Of a stretch of 64,000 nt of DNA, positions 24,874 through 38,581 are shown piece by piece. The stretch's first letter is position 1. Every line of letters begins with the position of its first letter. The notes under the pieces are model-generated. The model saw only the letters and a list, made by a program, of their open reading frames with translations, ran no database searches and was not told the DNA's origin. A program made the translations under genes and the position numbers. The stretch comes from Adineta vaga (lineage: Eukaryota > Animalia > Rotifera). The stretch spans positions 9,238,001 to 9,302,000 of the forward strand of contig CP075495.1 of NCBI GenBank assembly GCA_021613535.1, written 5' to 3'.

Positions 24874-26022
24874 AAGATCTAACTGAAATTTAGTCATTTG
24901 CATATATAATCCAGTGCTTTCTTATTTCAGTAAACTTTTTCAAATAAATCATATAAGTTATATCACTTTAGTTCATTACATGACAAGTTCGAACAGTCAG
25001 CATGAATATGAGGATAGACAATAAAATAATCATAAAGGATTTAGAAATAGTGTATGAATTGTAAAAGATTTTTAATTATTTCGAAAAATATGAATATAAA
25101 ATGAATTCTAAATCTAGGCATACGTTGAATATAAACAAATGAAAAAGGTTATGAGAAGTCGTCATAGATGGAATAGTAGTGTTTTATTTTTTTCTAAATG
25201 AAAGCTACTTTCTATTTTGATCGCATATCTTTTATATTGATTTGATAGTCATGTACTTGCTCTATTAAAATGTATACGAGTATTTCCATTTCTGAATGAA
25301 CTTGTTATTTTAGGTAAAACAATGCGGACAGCATTAAGAAAAGAAGCAAAATTGATTGTTAATATAGTTTCGATCACAGAACTGATACTTTATACAAGAT
25401 ATCCGATAACCTATATGTATGTTTACAGTTTTATAAAGTAAAATATCGCAAGTTTTTGCGAAATACGATAACAAACATATTGCTAAAAGTGAGATGGTAC
25501 CTAAAAAGTTTCACTGTATAAATTTTTCTGACAAATTCCCATGAGCTACAAATATATATTCATATGTTTGCAAGGATATTCGTTTCTTCTGAACTAAACT
25601 ACGAATCGATCGCAAATTTCTACATTACAATCTTACTGAGTAGTGTTTAATATGTTCAGATGATTTTTTCATATCGAAACGCTGGTTTTAGAACAAAACA
25701 TAATCACGATCAACGATAAAAATAGACAAATCATTGCCGATAGTGCATGTATATATTATTCATTCTTCTCCATCAATATACTTTTATATTTTAAGTAAAA
25801 GATAATTTGAAGAACAAACAAGAATATCCAATGTTTGCGAACTCGAAATCCAGATGGATGCATAGACATAAAAGTTTTTTACTAAAAAAGTATATGGCAA
25901 AACAGAATAAGCAAATAAAAAAAAATTGCACAAAAACAAAACAGAAAAAGAAAACGAAAAAATTATGGAATGTAAATAGAATAGAAAATCAAACACATTG
26001 TGAGATTCTGTTATCTTTTATT

Positions 26023-29000
26023 TCAAAAATTCGATTGTAAACGTTTAGAAACACCGCCAACACCTTCACTAACCGATGGAGTTGCAACATTTGTAATATC
26101 ATAGGACATTTGGAGATTTCGATTGATAGATGAACGAAGAGGTTTCTTAGTTATTATCGATGAAGAAATTGATTGTTTAGTGGTCGAGATTGGTGAAGAT
26201 GATGGAGGATCCTTAGGAGATTTTGTTTGAAATGGACTAACTTTTGCAGTAGGACGTTTATGATGATGATTTATATCCGATGTTGAATGTTGAGAAGTGT
26301 TCGTTAGAATAGGACGATGATTGGAGACATTATTATTTTCATTGTAAGAATGAGATGAGGGCTGTGGAGGTGGAGGTGGAACTGGCGGTAGTGGTGGTGG
26401 CGGTGCTGCTGCTGCTGCAGAATTGCTAGAATTTGTTGAACCATCATAAAATCGAGCTGAGCCAACTGTATAAGTCGAAAGTGGCTAAAATCACAAAAAA
26501 AATGCATTGTTAATAATGTTTTCAAAAGAATCCATTCTTACTCGATGTGTACGTTCATTGGCTTTCGGTGAAGTACACCGTGCTTCAATAGTTGTTCCAC
26601 TTAAATAAATTGCTGCTGCTGCTGCAGATGGGGAGACAGGTGCTGTTGTACCAGTAATACCATTATTTGCTGCTTTAATTATACCTCGAATAGGTCCTGT
26701 GCCAGTGAGCGCACCACAAATTGATCGTGCATCTCCTTTTTCAATACGTTTGACCGTTGTCGATGATTTTATTTGTACATCATTGTGTCGAAGTACAGTC
26801 GTTTGTTTTTCTTTTGAATTATCACTAAGTAATTCATCGAGAAAAGTAACCGATTTTGAACGTTTCTTTTGTAGCGTTAAATTTGATGCCGTGAGAGATT
26901 GATTGTGAATTTGGGTATCTTGTCTTGATGCAATTTCTGCTTGAAGTTCAGAACGTATTTCATCCAGTGTTACTGTTGGTGCTTTCATATGTGTTTCATT
27001 CGATAATTTACCCATACGAGATGAATGTTGATTATTATTATGATTATTATTATCATTAACAGTAGTAGTAATAGAATTAGTTGTTGGAATTTCATCATGA
27101 ATAATATGATCATAGATATGTGCATCTTCATTTAATTTTACATTTAAATGATTACTTTCATCATCATCGTCGTCACTCATCATTAATAAACGTTTAGTTT
27201 TCAATTCTTGAGCTGCATCATTAAGCATCTTTTTATTCCATTTTTTTCTTCGTTGTTCAGTTTGTTGTTTTTCAGCTTCAGTATCACTTGCAAAATCTTT
27301 TTCAATTTTTCGACGAAATAAACGAAAACGATGATGTGATGATTTATTGCTCGTTTTATTTAAACTTGTAGCTGTTTGAGTCGAACAATTGGAATCAATC
27401 GATGTTGTATCATCATCACCTGTATAACTCAATAGAAGATTACCAGTTTTCTTTGCTTCATGACGTGCTTTGATGCTACGCAGTGTTTTTTTCGTTTTTG
27501 TATCGATGATATTAGATGGATTTGTTTCTTGAATAAATTCATTGGTTGTCGATTCAGTATTTAAACGTTCAAGAGATTTATTTGATCGTGTTAAACGATT
27601 AATTGTTGAACGAAAAAAATTCGCTGGTGCAGCTTTTGATGGAATTACTGGTGCTGGAATTTGATTTTCATCATCATCGAATGAATCTTCATCGGTATTA
27701 TCATTAGAGTTCAGAGTTTTTTCTATCTTCGCATTATCATCAACAACTAAATCATCATCAAATGAATCATAATCAACTGACGGATCTTGCTGAGATGGAA
27801 CGGGAACATTCGCTACAGCATAGAGTGATTCAGGACGGGATGGCACATTTTGCTTATTATTATCATTTGCCGAAGAAATACTCGATGTTTTACTTGTATA
27901 TGAATTAGAATTACTACTATTGGTAAATGCAAGTCCATTTTCATTAGAATAAATATGTTGATCATCTTGATGAGGTAGATTCATATAATTAGGTTCAGAA
28001 AGAGTAGTAGTCGGTGTTGTTGACGAAACAACAGGTGAAGGTTCAATAATAGCTGTTGGTTTTCGAAATGGTTTAGGTATACCATTACAGATGGGACCTG
28101 CTGGTTGTTTAAGTGTAAAGTCAAGTGTTTGAGATAAAGAAGGTTTCGATTCGACGGATGCAGAAGGATGTTGTAGTTCAAGATTTTGATAAACAAGTGT
28201 TGTTGATGATTGTTTAGTTGTAGTTGTAGTTGAAATTGTTTTTTCAGGTTCCTGAGCGTTTTTAGATGTAAATGGAAGAAAAACACCAACTGGCCGTCGT
28301 ATGGATGGTGGTGTAGTTGAAGCAGGTCTTAAGAAGAAAAAAGAAAGAATCATTTGCAATTGACTGAAATATCGGATGTGTATCTTACTTAGACATTGAA
28401 GATTGATCTTGTGGAATTTTTGGTGCCTGTTGAGATTTTGATCGTTGATTTGTAATAGTTAATGGTGTACGTGAAGAAGATGAAGATAAACGAGTACTAC
28501 TGTTCGATTTATATAATTTATCTAATAGCGATCCTGTTGCTTGTGACATTGAAGATGTTGTCAATTGTTCACGAATAAGATCAACAGTTGTTAAACCAGC
28601 GGATGGTGCATCTTGTGGACGATTAGTTTCATCAAATACTATACCAACTCGATCAATACATTCAGATAAATTCTTCATTGTTACACCAACATCAGGTTGT
28701 TTACTACTTCTTTGAGAATAAAGACTAATACGATCTGCTGTCATCATCGACTGTATTGGTTTGGATTTATTTGTTTGATAGGAAAAGTTAGGAACTGTTG
28801 TTATGGTAGTTGTTGTTGTTGTTGTTGGAAGTGCTGGTCGAGATGGTCGTTGAGAATTATACGAAGAATTTTTTGATAAGAGACTTGGCGATTTTGATGG
28901 AATAATAAATGAACGAGATGGACTAATCGGTGATTTAATAAGATCAATGTGATGTGATGATAAAGGTCGTTCATGATTTTTAATGACTTCTGTATAGATC

Positions 29001-29053
29001 ACTTCACTATCAGTAGACGGTAACTTTGTTGGTGGAGGTGGTCGCGGTGGTGG

Positions 29054-29088
<35 letters not shown>

Positions 29089-32000
29089 TTGAAGATGAAT
29101 TTGAAGTGCTTTCCGATAATACAGATGATTGTTCTATATGTGTCTCAGCTGGTGGTATTCGCGTAGTAGAATGATTGAGGGTAACAGCTGTGTTAGTAGT
29201 GGTGGTAGCGGTAGTAGTCGTGGTCACGCGTTCTTCCAAACGATTTTCAACCGATAATGATGACGATAGACGAGGAGAATTATTCTTCATTGCACTCATA
29301 ACAGTTCGTTGTTCATGATGAATTTCAATAGGAATCATTGAAGGTGAAGATATACTGTTCGCAGTTGTTTTTATTATTCGCTCATCGGTACGACGTTCAA
29401 TAGTTGATTTCGGTATTTGTGAAGTATTGCTCACTGGAGTAGGTAGAACAGATCGTTGATCATGATGTTGTACTTCAAATGACGAAGGTGAACGAATAAT
29501 ATCATCTGCTCGCTTGTCAATAGAGGTTTCTATTGGGGGTGGTGGTGGAACCGGTGGCGGTGATGTGATATAAATTTTCTAAAACAAGATAAAAAATCAT
29601 TGACTATTTACTTTCTCATCTAGTTGATGAACACATACTTTCGGTGAAATGATATCATCCAGACATGTCGCTTTCGTAGAATTTCCTGTTTGACGTGTTG
29701 TATTAGGAATAGAAACGGGTGGACGATGTGTTTGTATTTGTTTTTGTTGTTGCTGCTTAGAAGGTTTCGGTTCTTGTATTGATGTCTCGGATGATTGTTC
29801 AAAAAATGGTTTAATACGTTGAACTAAACTACCATTAACTGTTGTTATAACAGGTTCACTCTCTATATTTGTCGTTTTAGCCAAGGATAAACGTGGTTTT
29901 GGTTGTGGTTTAAAATCATTTCTATACGATAATTAATAATAAATCTTATCATACATCATGGAATCATGTCATTCAGATGTTACATACCTAGTTGGTTCAA
30001 TAGTGGTCATCATCGCAGTGGTTAATGGACGTGTTCCGTTATGTAGTACACCAGTAATAACAGTAGATGATGATGATGGTGTTACCGTTGGAGAATGATG
30101 CCGTCGTTGTACTACAGTTGGTTGACGTATATTATTATTCGATCGTATCGATGGTTGAACAGTAGTAGTAGTAGTAGCATTAGTTGTGTTCGTAGTTGAA
30201 GCTAAGAAAGAAAAAGAGAAAGAAAAAGAATGAACATTATTATAATGCACGTTCGTGTATTTGTCTCTTCAACTCTCTTTCTCTCTTTCTGCATCAAATT
30301 TTACCTATGTGAACGTGTGTGTCTACTAGTAGTGTCCCGTTATTGTTTGCTTGCGTATTATGTGACGACGAAGACGACGACGACGACGAAAGAGATTCAA
30401 TATGAATTTTACCATTGACCTGTTTCGTACTGGGATTGAGTGGTTGTTGTTGATGTTGTACTTGTGTAGGACCATGTTGAATACCAATTGAAGATTGATG
30501 AAGATGTTGATGAGACAATAAAGAACAATTTTCATCGTTTCTCTCAACACTTCCATTAATAGTCATTGTATTCAATAGGATTTGATAACTATTTGTTGAA
30601 TAGACAGAGTTTGGTCTATTTGGACGTTGACGAATGATTAGCGAACTGAAAGAAAAGAATGAGACAAATCGTAGCATTGTTTGCATTCGATGTTTTCTTT
30701 CTATTTGAACTGTATATACCTAAATTGATTTGCGCCTGCTTGATGAATATTAACACCTTTCGTTGATAAACATGTTCTTGCTTCATTAAACTCTTCTTCA
30801 TCTTCAAATGTTAATAACGTTGGTCTTTGTCTAGTAAGCATTGATTTTAATAGGTCTTTATTTAATGACTAGATATGTATGAGAAAAGAAGAAGAAAAAC
30901 ATCGAAGTAATTAATATTATTTAAATGAGAAAAAAATAGATCGATTCGTTATAAATATAAAGTTATTTACCGAAAATAGATACGTTGCGTTAAGATAAAC
31001 AAGAAGATCAGCTTCTGATCGTTGTAGACGTTTTTTTTCAGATTTATCAAGTAAATGACCTTTACCAGTTGTTGTTATAATCAATCTGTCAGGTCTATTG
31101 TAATGGACAAATGTCGAAGTGAAAAAAAAATAAAACAATGAATAGTCATTTACATACTTGAGTTTTGCATGTGGTATAGATGACTGGTCAGTGTCGTCTT
31201 GATCATCATCGCCAATCACAATAAGTAGTTCAACACCCTATATATAGACAGACATATATATATATATGTATATATACATGCATTCCCTTTTGCTTATATG
31301 CATATTTTATTGATCGAGATGATCGATAATCTTATATTTTGCCTGACTGCCTACTCCTCTATGTGTGTCTAATCGTATGTGCATGAACGACACGATGGGC
31401 TAAAACAACAGACGGACTGCAAGCAATGATTTTTATCGTATTGCACGCACATAATGTCGGTTGTAAGCATTTGGCGATCATTTATTGAGTTATGTGAAAG
31501 GAAAAAAAAAGATAGATAATGTTTTTGTCAATACTCCTTCTTACGACGATTACGACATTCTTCTTTCGCAATTAAAATGATCTTTTCAAATTGTTACCCA
31601 CCTAAATACATACGCCTATCATCAACAATTGACATAGACATAGTATAGTCTACACAGATAGTCATTTTTCACCTCTCCAATTTTTTTTGTCGATGAATTA
31701 TGTAATCATTGTACGACTAAGTCAATATAACGACAAGTGCTCTCGTTTTCTCTATCTTGACTTTACTTACTTTATTATCAGGAAACATATTGAGTAGTTC
31801 ATGAAAACGAGTGGGTAGATTTGACGATGATTGGTCGTTACCAACAAGATCAATTTTATTAAAACCATTAAGAATATGAATAACAATTGGACGAAAATTT
31901 GGTCGAAGGCCAAAAGAAATGATAGCCTTGCCGATAGTAAGAACATGAGTTAACAGATCTGTTACTGCCGCCAAAAGACCATCTACTGCATCTAGATAAA

Positions 32001-32634
32001 TAAAAAGACATAAATATAGCACTCAATGATTATAATATACACGTATAACAATGATGAGCTTTCCATCTGCAATGTCTTCCTTTTTTTCTACATCTATGTG
32101 TCAAGATAATATGTTAATCTATAGTACAGACGTACATACGCAAGTGTCAATAAAAATATCAAAACGATTAACACCTATTATTGATTAAAGAAAGGTAGAA
32201 TCGCATTTACTTTGATGTGTTGGTTGTCGTTTATCAGTTAAATGTTTGAGATTTTTAAAAATATTCGCTGTATTATTTGCTAAACTAACAATATTTGTAC
32301 GTATAGAAAACCAATGTTTCCAATTATGTATTTCTTTTAAAGGTGCAGTCCATTTATCACCTAGATTTGGTAATGGTGGATGTGCTGGCAAAGCTTGCAT
32401 CAATTCTCCTAATGCAACCCATTCTAATTGTGCACATTTTTCTGCATGTTCTTCCGACCAATCTTCGGCTTGATGTTCTTCACCACAATAATAAACCATT
32501 TGACATCCGAAACAACGTGATAACGAAGGACCTTGACGACCACATACAGCACAATAACGTCGATCAATTTCATTTCGATCTAAACGTTGTCTTATAATTG
32601 TCTCAATCGACGACCAAGAATCAATAGTACCCAT
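26023..32634 (-). CDS. zf-MYND + MSS51/ZMYND15-type domain protein with a long low-complexity C-terminal extension, about 11 exons
   Basis: MYND finger CAVC..CFGCQMVYYCGEEHQAEDWSEEHAEKC, then LTHVLTIG, IVIHIL, RFHELLNMFP, LLIVIG, ADLLVYLN, GANQFSSL..PN..N.Y. The same exon runs in frame into the S/T/P/Q-rich ORFs. Last exon 26023-26484 ends LQSNF*. Confidence 0.72.
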
Positions 32635-35470
32635 CTATAACAGACATATCAAAAATGAGATTGAGCAATCATATACAGACATATATATATACTACTATAT
32701 CCTCAAAGCAAAGAAGACTAATGATGATGATGAACTCTTAGCTTACTACTATTTCTTTTGCCTACTATTTCCTCATTCTATTCTCTGTAGTTCGCTCGCA
32801 TCTCGCTGAATATACATCATGTACACATCTGTACCTTCTCTTTCTTTCTCTCATATTGTTCAATGAACAAAAACACTCCTACTTTTTTTTTAGGTGACAT
32901 GCACATACATATAGAGAAAGAGTTCATGTTCTCTTTTCTTCTCGCTTATATTGGCCGAGGGTCACCAACAAAATGAATGTCACCTTACCCGCTGCTTTCT
33001 TCTACTCATACTACAAACGCCTTCTGTACAATAATGAATGGCTTTTTTTTCCTTTAATACATTTATATATGTCTATATATATAAACACTTTTGTCCTTCG
33101 AATTGTCCAATGAGCCATGTGATGAACATTAGTTCTGTAAAGATGAAAAGAGAAAAAACCAAGAAATTAATTGTAAAACATGTCACTAATGATGAAGAAA
33201 AAACAAAATGAAAAATTACATTTTTTTCGATTACTCTTGTTATTCAATAACACCTACCCACAACACAATTTCTACACATAGTCATTCGTGTTGCTTCCTT
33301 TTTTTTTCAATGTATGCCGGTGTTAATAAAAAAAAAAGGAACGGTAAAAGAGAAGAAAAAAGTGAAGGAGCCTATTCCTATGTGCACGTTTCGGTAGAAT
33401 AAAACTGAGTAATGAAACTCTTCACCTATACATTGAGACAAACTATAAATTACCTTTACATTTGAAATTATACAATATAAATGTATGTTACGCAAAAAGA
33501 TCAGAGATCAAACAAAAGTAAAAGAATATAATTAAATAAACCTGGCAAGTATTACCAATTCGTTCCGTTCAAAATGTCCGAGAAAAAAACCTGAATATAC
33601 ATACATACATACGATCGACCATCGATGTGAACTAAAAGGTCAATGGAACTGATTATATTAAGATTTTTTCTTTCTTGTTGTATAACTTGATTTCAGATGC
33701 AAGAGCAACGTCGACATATTCTTCTTCCTAACTTTTTTTTCTCTTTGACACGTGTAGTAATGAAGAGTACAGAGAAGAAAAAAAGAAAGGGACGAGAATA
33801 AAAAAAAGAGAGAAATGCTGAAGTGTACTTAGATTTAGAGCACGATGAGAAAAAAAGCAAGGAAAAAAGGATTAAAATCATTGTCAATGAAAGGTAAAAA
33901 AAAAGGAGACCAATGATACATTGTAATTATCCGTTTCTTCTGTCAATTTATTCATGATAAAATGTTCAACATCACAGAAAAAAAGAAAGAACTCATTTGA
34001 ACGATAATCAATAGATTTTATTTCAATTATTTGCACATGTTTAACTAACAAAGAGGAAAAAAAAGAAGAATGATATCCTTGAATGTGTAACAGTTCCTTT
34101 TTTTTTAAAACAGTTTATTTGATTTGAAAAAATAAAAGATATACTTTCCTCCTATTTACTATCTGTCATGAATACAATGAATGCAAATCTATGCATAAAA
34201 TTTGCATTTATAAATCGATGTACTTTTGTTTGATTTCACATCTGGTTAAGATCGTATCTGGATCGATTCAAATTCAGAAGACTTACATAAACATAAATTA
34301 TATATGAGTTGAAGTTTATTCTTCATGAGAAATTTTCTTTCATGTAATCGATTTTGTAAGAAAGACAAGGAAGTATCATATACAGATTAAGATTTGATTA
34401 CGAATCTTACTGAAACCGAGAAATTCAATCTAAAGAAGATTTTTCTTTTCATCATGATCAAGTTTAGATCAAATAACAACAAAGAATAGTTTTCATTAAT
34501 GTGTTAATGTAGATACTTCAAATCGAAGTAGTCAGTAATAAAATGCATCGATAAACATCGAAGAATTAAATATGTAAAAGGTACTTTCTTAAAAATTCAG
34601 ATTTTATCATAATGATGCAATGAAAAACAGTGCTTTCAAGATATTGCATAGATCTCCGATTTTTTCTTCTCATGTAATAAGTCATTTGTTCTATTGAAAA
34701 CTTCAAACTGAAGTGTTCGTAAAATTTTAGATTTCGTTGACTTAATTCAGAGCATATCGTACAAAAAAGAAAAAAAAATGAGAAGTGAAGAAAGATTATA
34801 TTGACAATACAGTATCAATGACATCGATTAGTATCATGACCTTCATATAGTCACAAATAGTAATAAAAAAAGCGATTTGTTTTATCAAAAATTACTGTAA
34901 TCAGATTATGAAATAAAGGTGCGGATCGTTCTGCATAAAAACTAAGTTCGAATACGTATGCACTCGTATAACCTGAAGATGTACCGATTGCGTTAAGTCT
35001 ACTCGAAGTATATAATAGAACACCTTGATTTGAGCGCAAAAGAAAAACGAAGACTAGTTTGTTCTGCTATTAAACGATCTTTAAAACAAGGTATAGGTAA
35101 TGCAAGAAAGACGTGTTATCATTCGGATACCGAATGATAAGATGATATTCTAAAGTCCATTTAACATACATCTAAACTAATATTTTACCGTTCGATAAAT
35201 AAACTATTGTAAACTATCATAGGAAAAGAAAATTTGCTCTAACATCATGATAGTAACAAAAACTAGAAAGATTTTTCTCACTTCTAATCAGTTTTACCTT
35301 GCCTACAGTGACAATTATATCTTCATCATCTTAAAACAATATGAAGGACAAAAATACTGACGTCAGATAAAGGCAAAAAGATATCTCCAACGGCATGATA
35401 TAACAACAGTCCTTTTTTGCGTCTTTCAGTATAAATATTCGTTCTCTATTATCATTTTGCGTATGAAAAA

Positions 35471-35878
35471 ATGACTACTGACAATATATCTTTTCAAAAT
35501 ATTGAAAATTCATCCAATATAATTGTAACAGCAACAACAGCAATAATCAATTCACATTGGACAACTACTAGTAATTCTTTTACCAATGATAAGGATGATA
35601 TGAAACATACTTTAACTTATGCAATTCCATTATCATGTTTCGCAATAGTGATAGTTCTTATAATTGCTCTTGGTATTCATCGTCGTCATCGTGCTTTAGA
35701 AAAATGGTCATCATTAACACGAATGAGAAATACTAATCCTCGATATATTGAACGAGGTGGTCTACGTCGTGATTCCGAATATGAATCGCATAATGATGGT
35801 TTCATACATGTGACTATAATTAATGAAGATGGGCAATTTCAGAAAGAACCCGAATTTCGTTTAGCAAGTATCACATAA
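35471..35878 (+). CDS. Small single-pass membrane protein (135 aa), single exon
   Basis: Thr/Asn-rich N-terminus with N-x-S sequons, one TM (AIPLSCFAIVIVLIIALGI), basic stop-transfer HRRHR, and AATAAA downstream (~36018). Confidence 0.7.
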   Translation: MTTDNISFQNIENSSNIIVTATTAIINSHWTTTSNSFTNDKDDMKHTLTYAIPLSCFAIVIVLIIALGIHRRHRALEKWSSLTRMRNTNPRYIERGGLRRDSEYESHNDGFIHVTIINEDGQFQKEPEFRLASIT

Positions 35879-36440
35879 TAATGAGGAGAATTTCAGATTT
35901 TATTTGATACTATGTTATTATATTGTAAAATAATCTCCATTCATTTTCTTGTTGTTTTGTGAATATTCAAAAACAGTGTCTTCCTATATTTTCATATGTT
36001 GACTTCACAGTTATATAAATAAAAAGTTGCATTAAGATATTTTATGTAAAAATACACTTATTTCAGTAAACACAATTCTTTATCAATCAAACATCAATAT
36101 CATACACTCCATAAGAGTAATCGAATGTTTCAAGAATGAATAAACAAACTTGTTGAGTCATATACAGTTAATGATTGATATTATTTTCTTTCTAATAAAA
36201 ACATCATCTGTTCGATCATATCGAATTTTCCCTCTATGATCTACTGTTAACTTACTGAAAAATATTCCATATCAAAACAGATAAATAGTACTTTCTTTTT
36301 TTTTCCTTTTTAAAGCACGAATAAAAAAAACACACACAGCATACGAATTTGTCAATGAAAAAAAAGCAAACAGAAAAACATCAATATATTCAATTCACTG
36401 TTTCTACATGCAGAAATAGGAGAAAAAAAGACTATGACTA

Positions 36441-38581
36441 TCAAACGGGAAGTATTTCGTTTAAATTGAGTGTTATTGGTAAAATTTCAGGCATAACTGA
36501 ATGATGTGTTAATAGAGAAAGTAAGGTTGGAAATTGTTTAATTGTTCCTTTAATACGATAACTCGACGTCGTTTGTGTTGTCATTATTTTTTCAATTAAA
36601 TAATGAGAAATATTTGATTCATGAGCAAATTTTGGTACTTTAACTGATAGAGCATAACAATCTGGATGAGTTGTACTCTTGCGTACAACAAATGCACCGT
36701 ATTCAGCTTGTTGAAGAGCTTGACAAATGGCTTCTCTATTATAGAAAATTAAGTAAAGATTTTGTAAGAAAATATATATATAGCTAAAGAAAAGTGAAAT
36801 TTACCGTGAGAGATTTGGTTTATACCAACGTAATACCGATGTTAAATCATCAGCTGTCGATGAAAGTCTGTAATAATAAAAAAATTCTTTTTTTAGAACA
36901 AATTCATTTAGTTAGCGAAAGAAACAAACTTTAAAGGAATTATACGTTTTTTCTTTGTATGCTTCTTTTGCTGTTGGTGTTGCTGCTGTTGTTGTTGTTG
37001 TTTATTCAAATAATCATCTTTTGGATTAACATCAATCTTCGTTATAGATTTTGTTCCGATAACTGATGATAAAGATAGTGTTGGACATATTGTCATGGTC
37101 GAATAGAACTTATTATTACATAAACAATGATTATTAATCTCAGCTTCTATCATATCTGAAGGAGCTTGTCGAGAATAAGTTCCTGGAAGATGTGAACGTG
37201 ATGAATGTGTCGAAGATTTTCGTCGTCGACGTTCAGTTTTTGTGGAAAAATACGTTGATGATGGACAAGTGCATGTTACACAACGTATATCCGTAGATTC
37301 TGTTCGAGTCACATTCACCGGTATCAATGTACATGATATTAAATGTACGGGGATGAATTTTGATGATACCATTGGCATATCACAATAACCAGAATCTGCC
37401 GAAATTGATGATGTATTCGTTGAACGACGTGGTGTACGTCGAATAAAATTCCCAGTTTGTGATTTGTTATTATCATCAAATAGATATCTTATACAATTAA
37501 GTGGATCATCGTCATCATCATTCGCAACAGTAGCATCATCATCAGGTTTTGTAGGTGAAGAGACTGAAGACGAAGAAGAAGGAGAAGGAGATGATTCTTC
37601 AGAAACATCGAAATCAATATAATCAACAACAGATATAGATTTGTGAAACTCCGAAGTTGACGACGTATTTGTTACTTGTTGTTGATGATGACAGGTACAT
37701 TGTAATGTTGATGATTGAGTAATTGGTCCATGACAACGATAGACAGGTTGAGATATATCCGAACTACTATGAGAATATACAATTAATTGTTGTCGTGGTT
37801 TTGTAGATAATTTTGAAAGTGATTGATGATGATGTTGTTGATGAGGGTGATTATGATGAAATGAAGGATTCTCTCGTGTAAGATTATCAAGCTTGAAAAA
37901 TCAAGGAAGATTATGAAGAAAAGTTTTATATTTAATAATTAATTTTCTTTACTTTAGATTTGATTTCCATCGGTGATAAATAACCATCTTCGTCGAAACG
38001 TTTTGAATGATGATTTAAAAATTCATGATGTGAATGAGTTTTATTCATCTGGCAACATGTTTCACGAATTTTCTCATTAGAAGTCGTATTTCGACGTGCA
38101 CGATGAAGTGTGATCAGACGTCGTGCCTAAAAGAAAACATAGAAATACATATTTTTGTAAGAACAATAGAAGAAATACTTGCCCAATCTCGACTTTTTTC
38201 AAATAAACTTATACGTCGTTTAAGTGAACGTGTTGAACGAGGTAGAACAAGTTTATCATTATCCATATCAAATAATTCTGCTTCTTCAGCAACAAGTAAC
38301 AATGGATGTTGTTGTTGTTGTTGTTTTTGTTGTGATGATGATGAGAATGATGATGATGGTTGTGATAGTGGAGGTAATAAACGAGTACACATTGATAAGT
38401 TACTAGAATATGTCATTGATGGTATATGATCATTAGAAATCATACTGTAATTTTCGATTTCTTCGTCGTCACTACTGTCGTTCTCGTTTATGTCTTTCTT
38501 ATTAATAGTTTTGGAAAGAAATGAGGCTGATGTTAATGAATAATGATTCGATGGCATAGTTAAACGGTATGTATTCGACAT
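36441..38581 (-). CDS. SH2-domain adaptor (disordered N-terminus, C-terminal tensin/EGFRAP-like SH2), multi-exon
   Basis: Spliced C-terminus WYKPNLSREAICQALQQAEYGAFVVRKSTTHPDCYALSVKVP..ISHYLIE..YRIKGTIKQFPTLLSLLTHHSVMPEILPITL. FVVRKS is the FLVRES equivalent. The start may lie further upstream (acceptor at ~38590). Confidence 0.85.

Noticed and set aside
38034-38429. Plus-strand ORFs with poly-Cys or poly-Val
   Set aside because: Antisense shadow of the CAA/TCA repeats in the SH2 gene exon.
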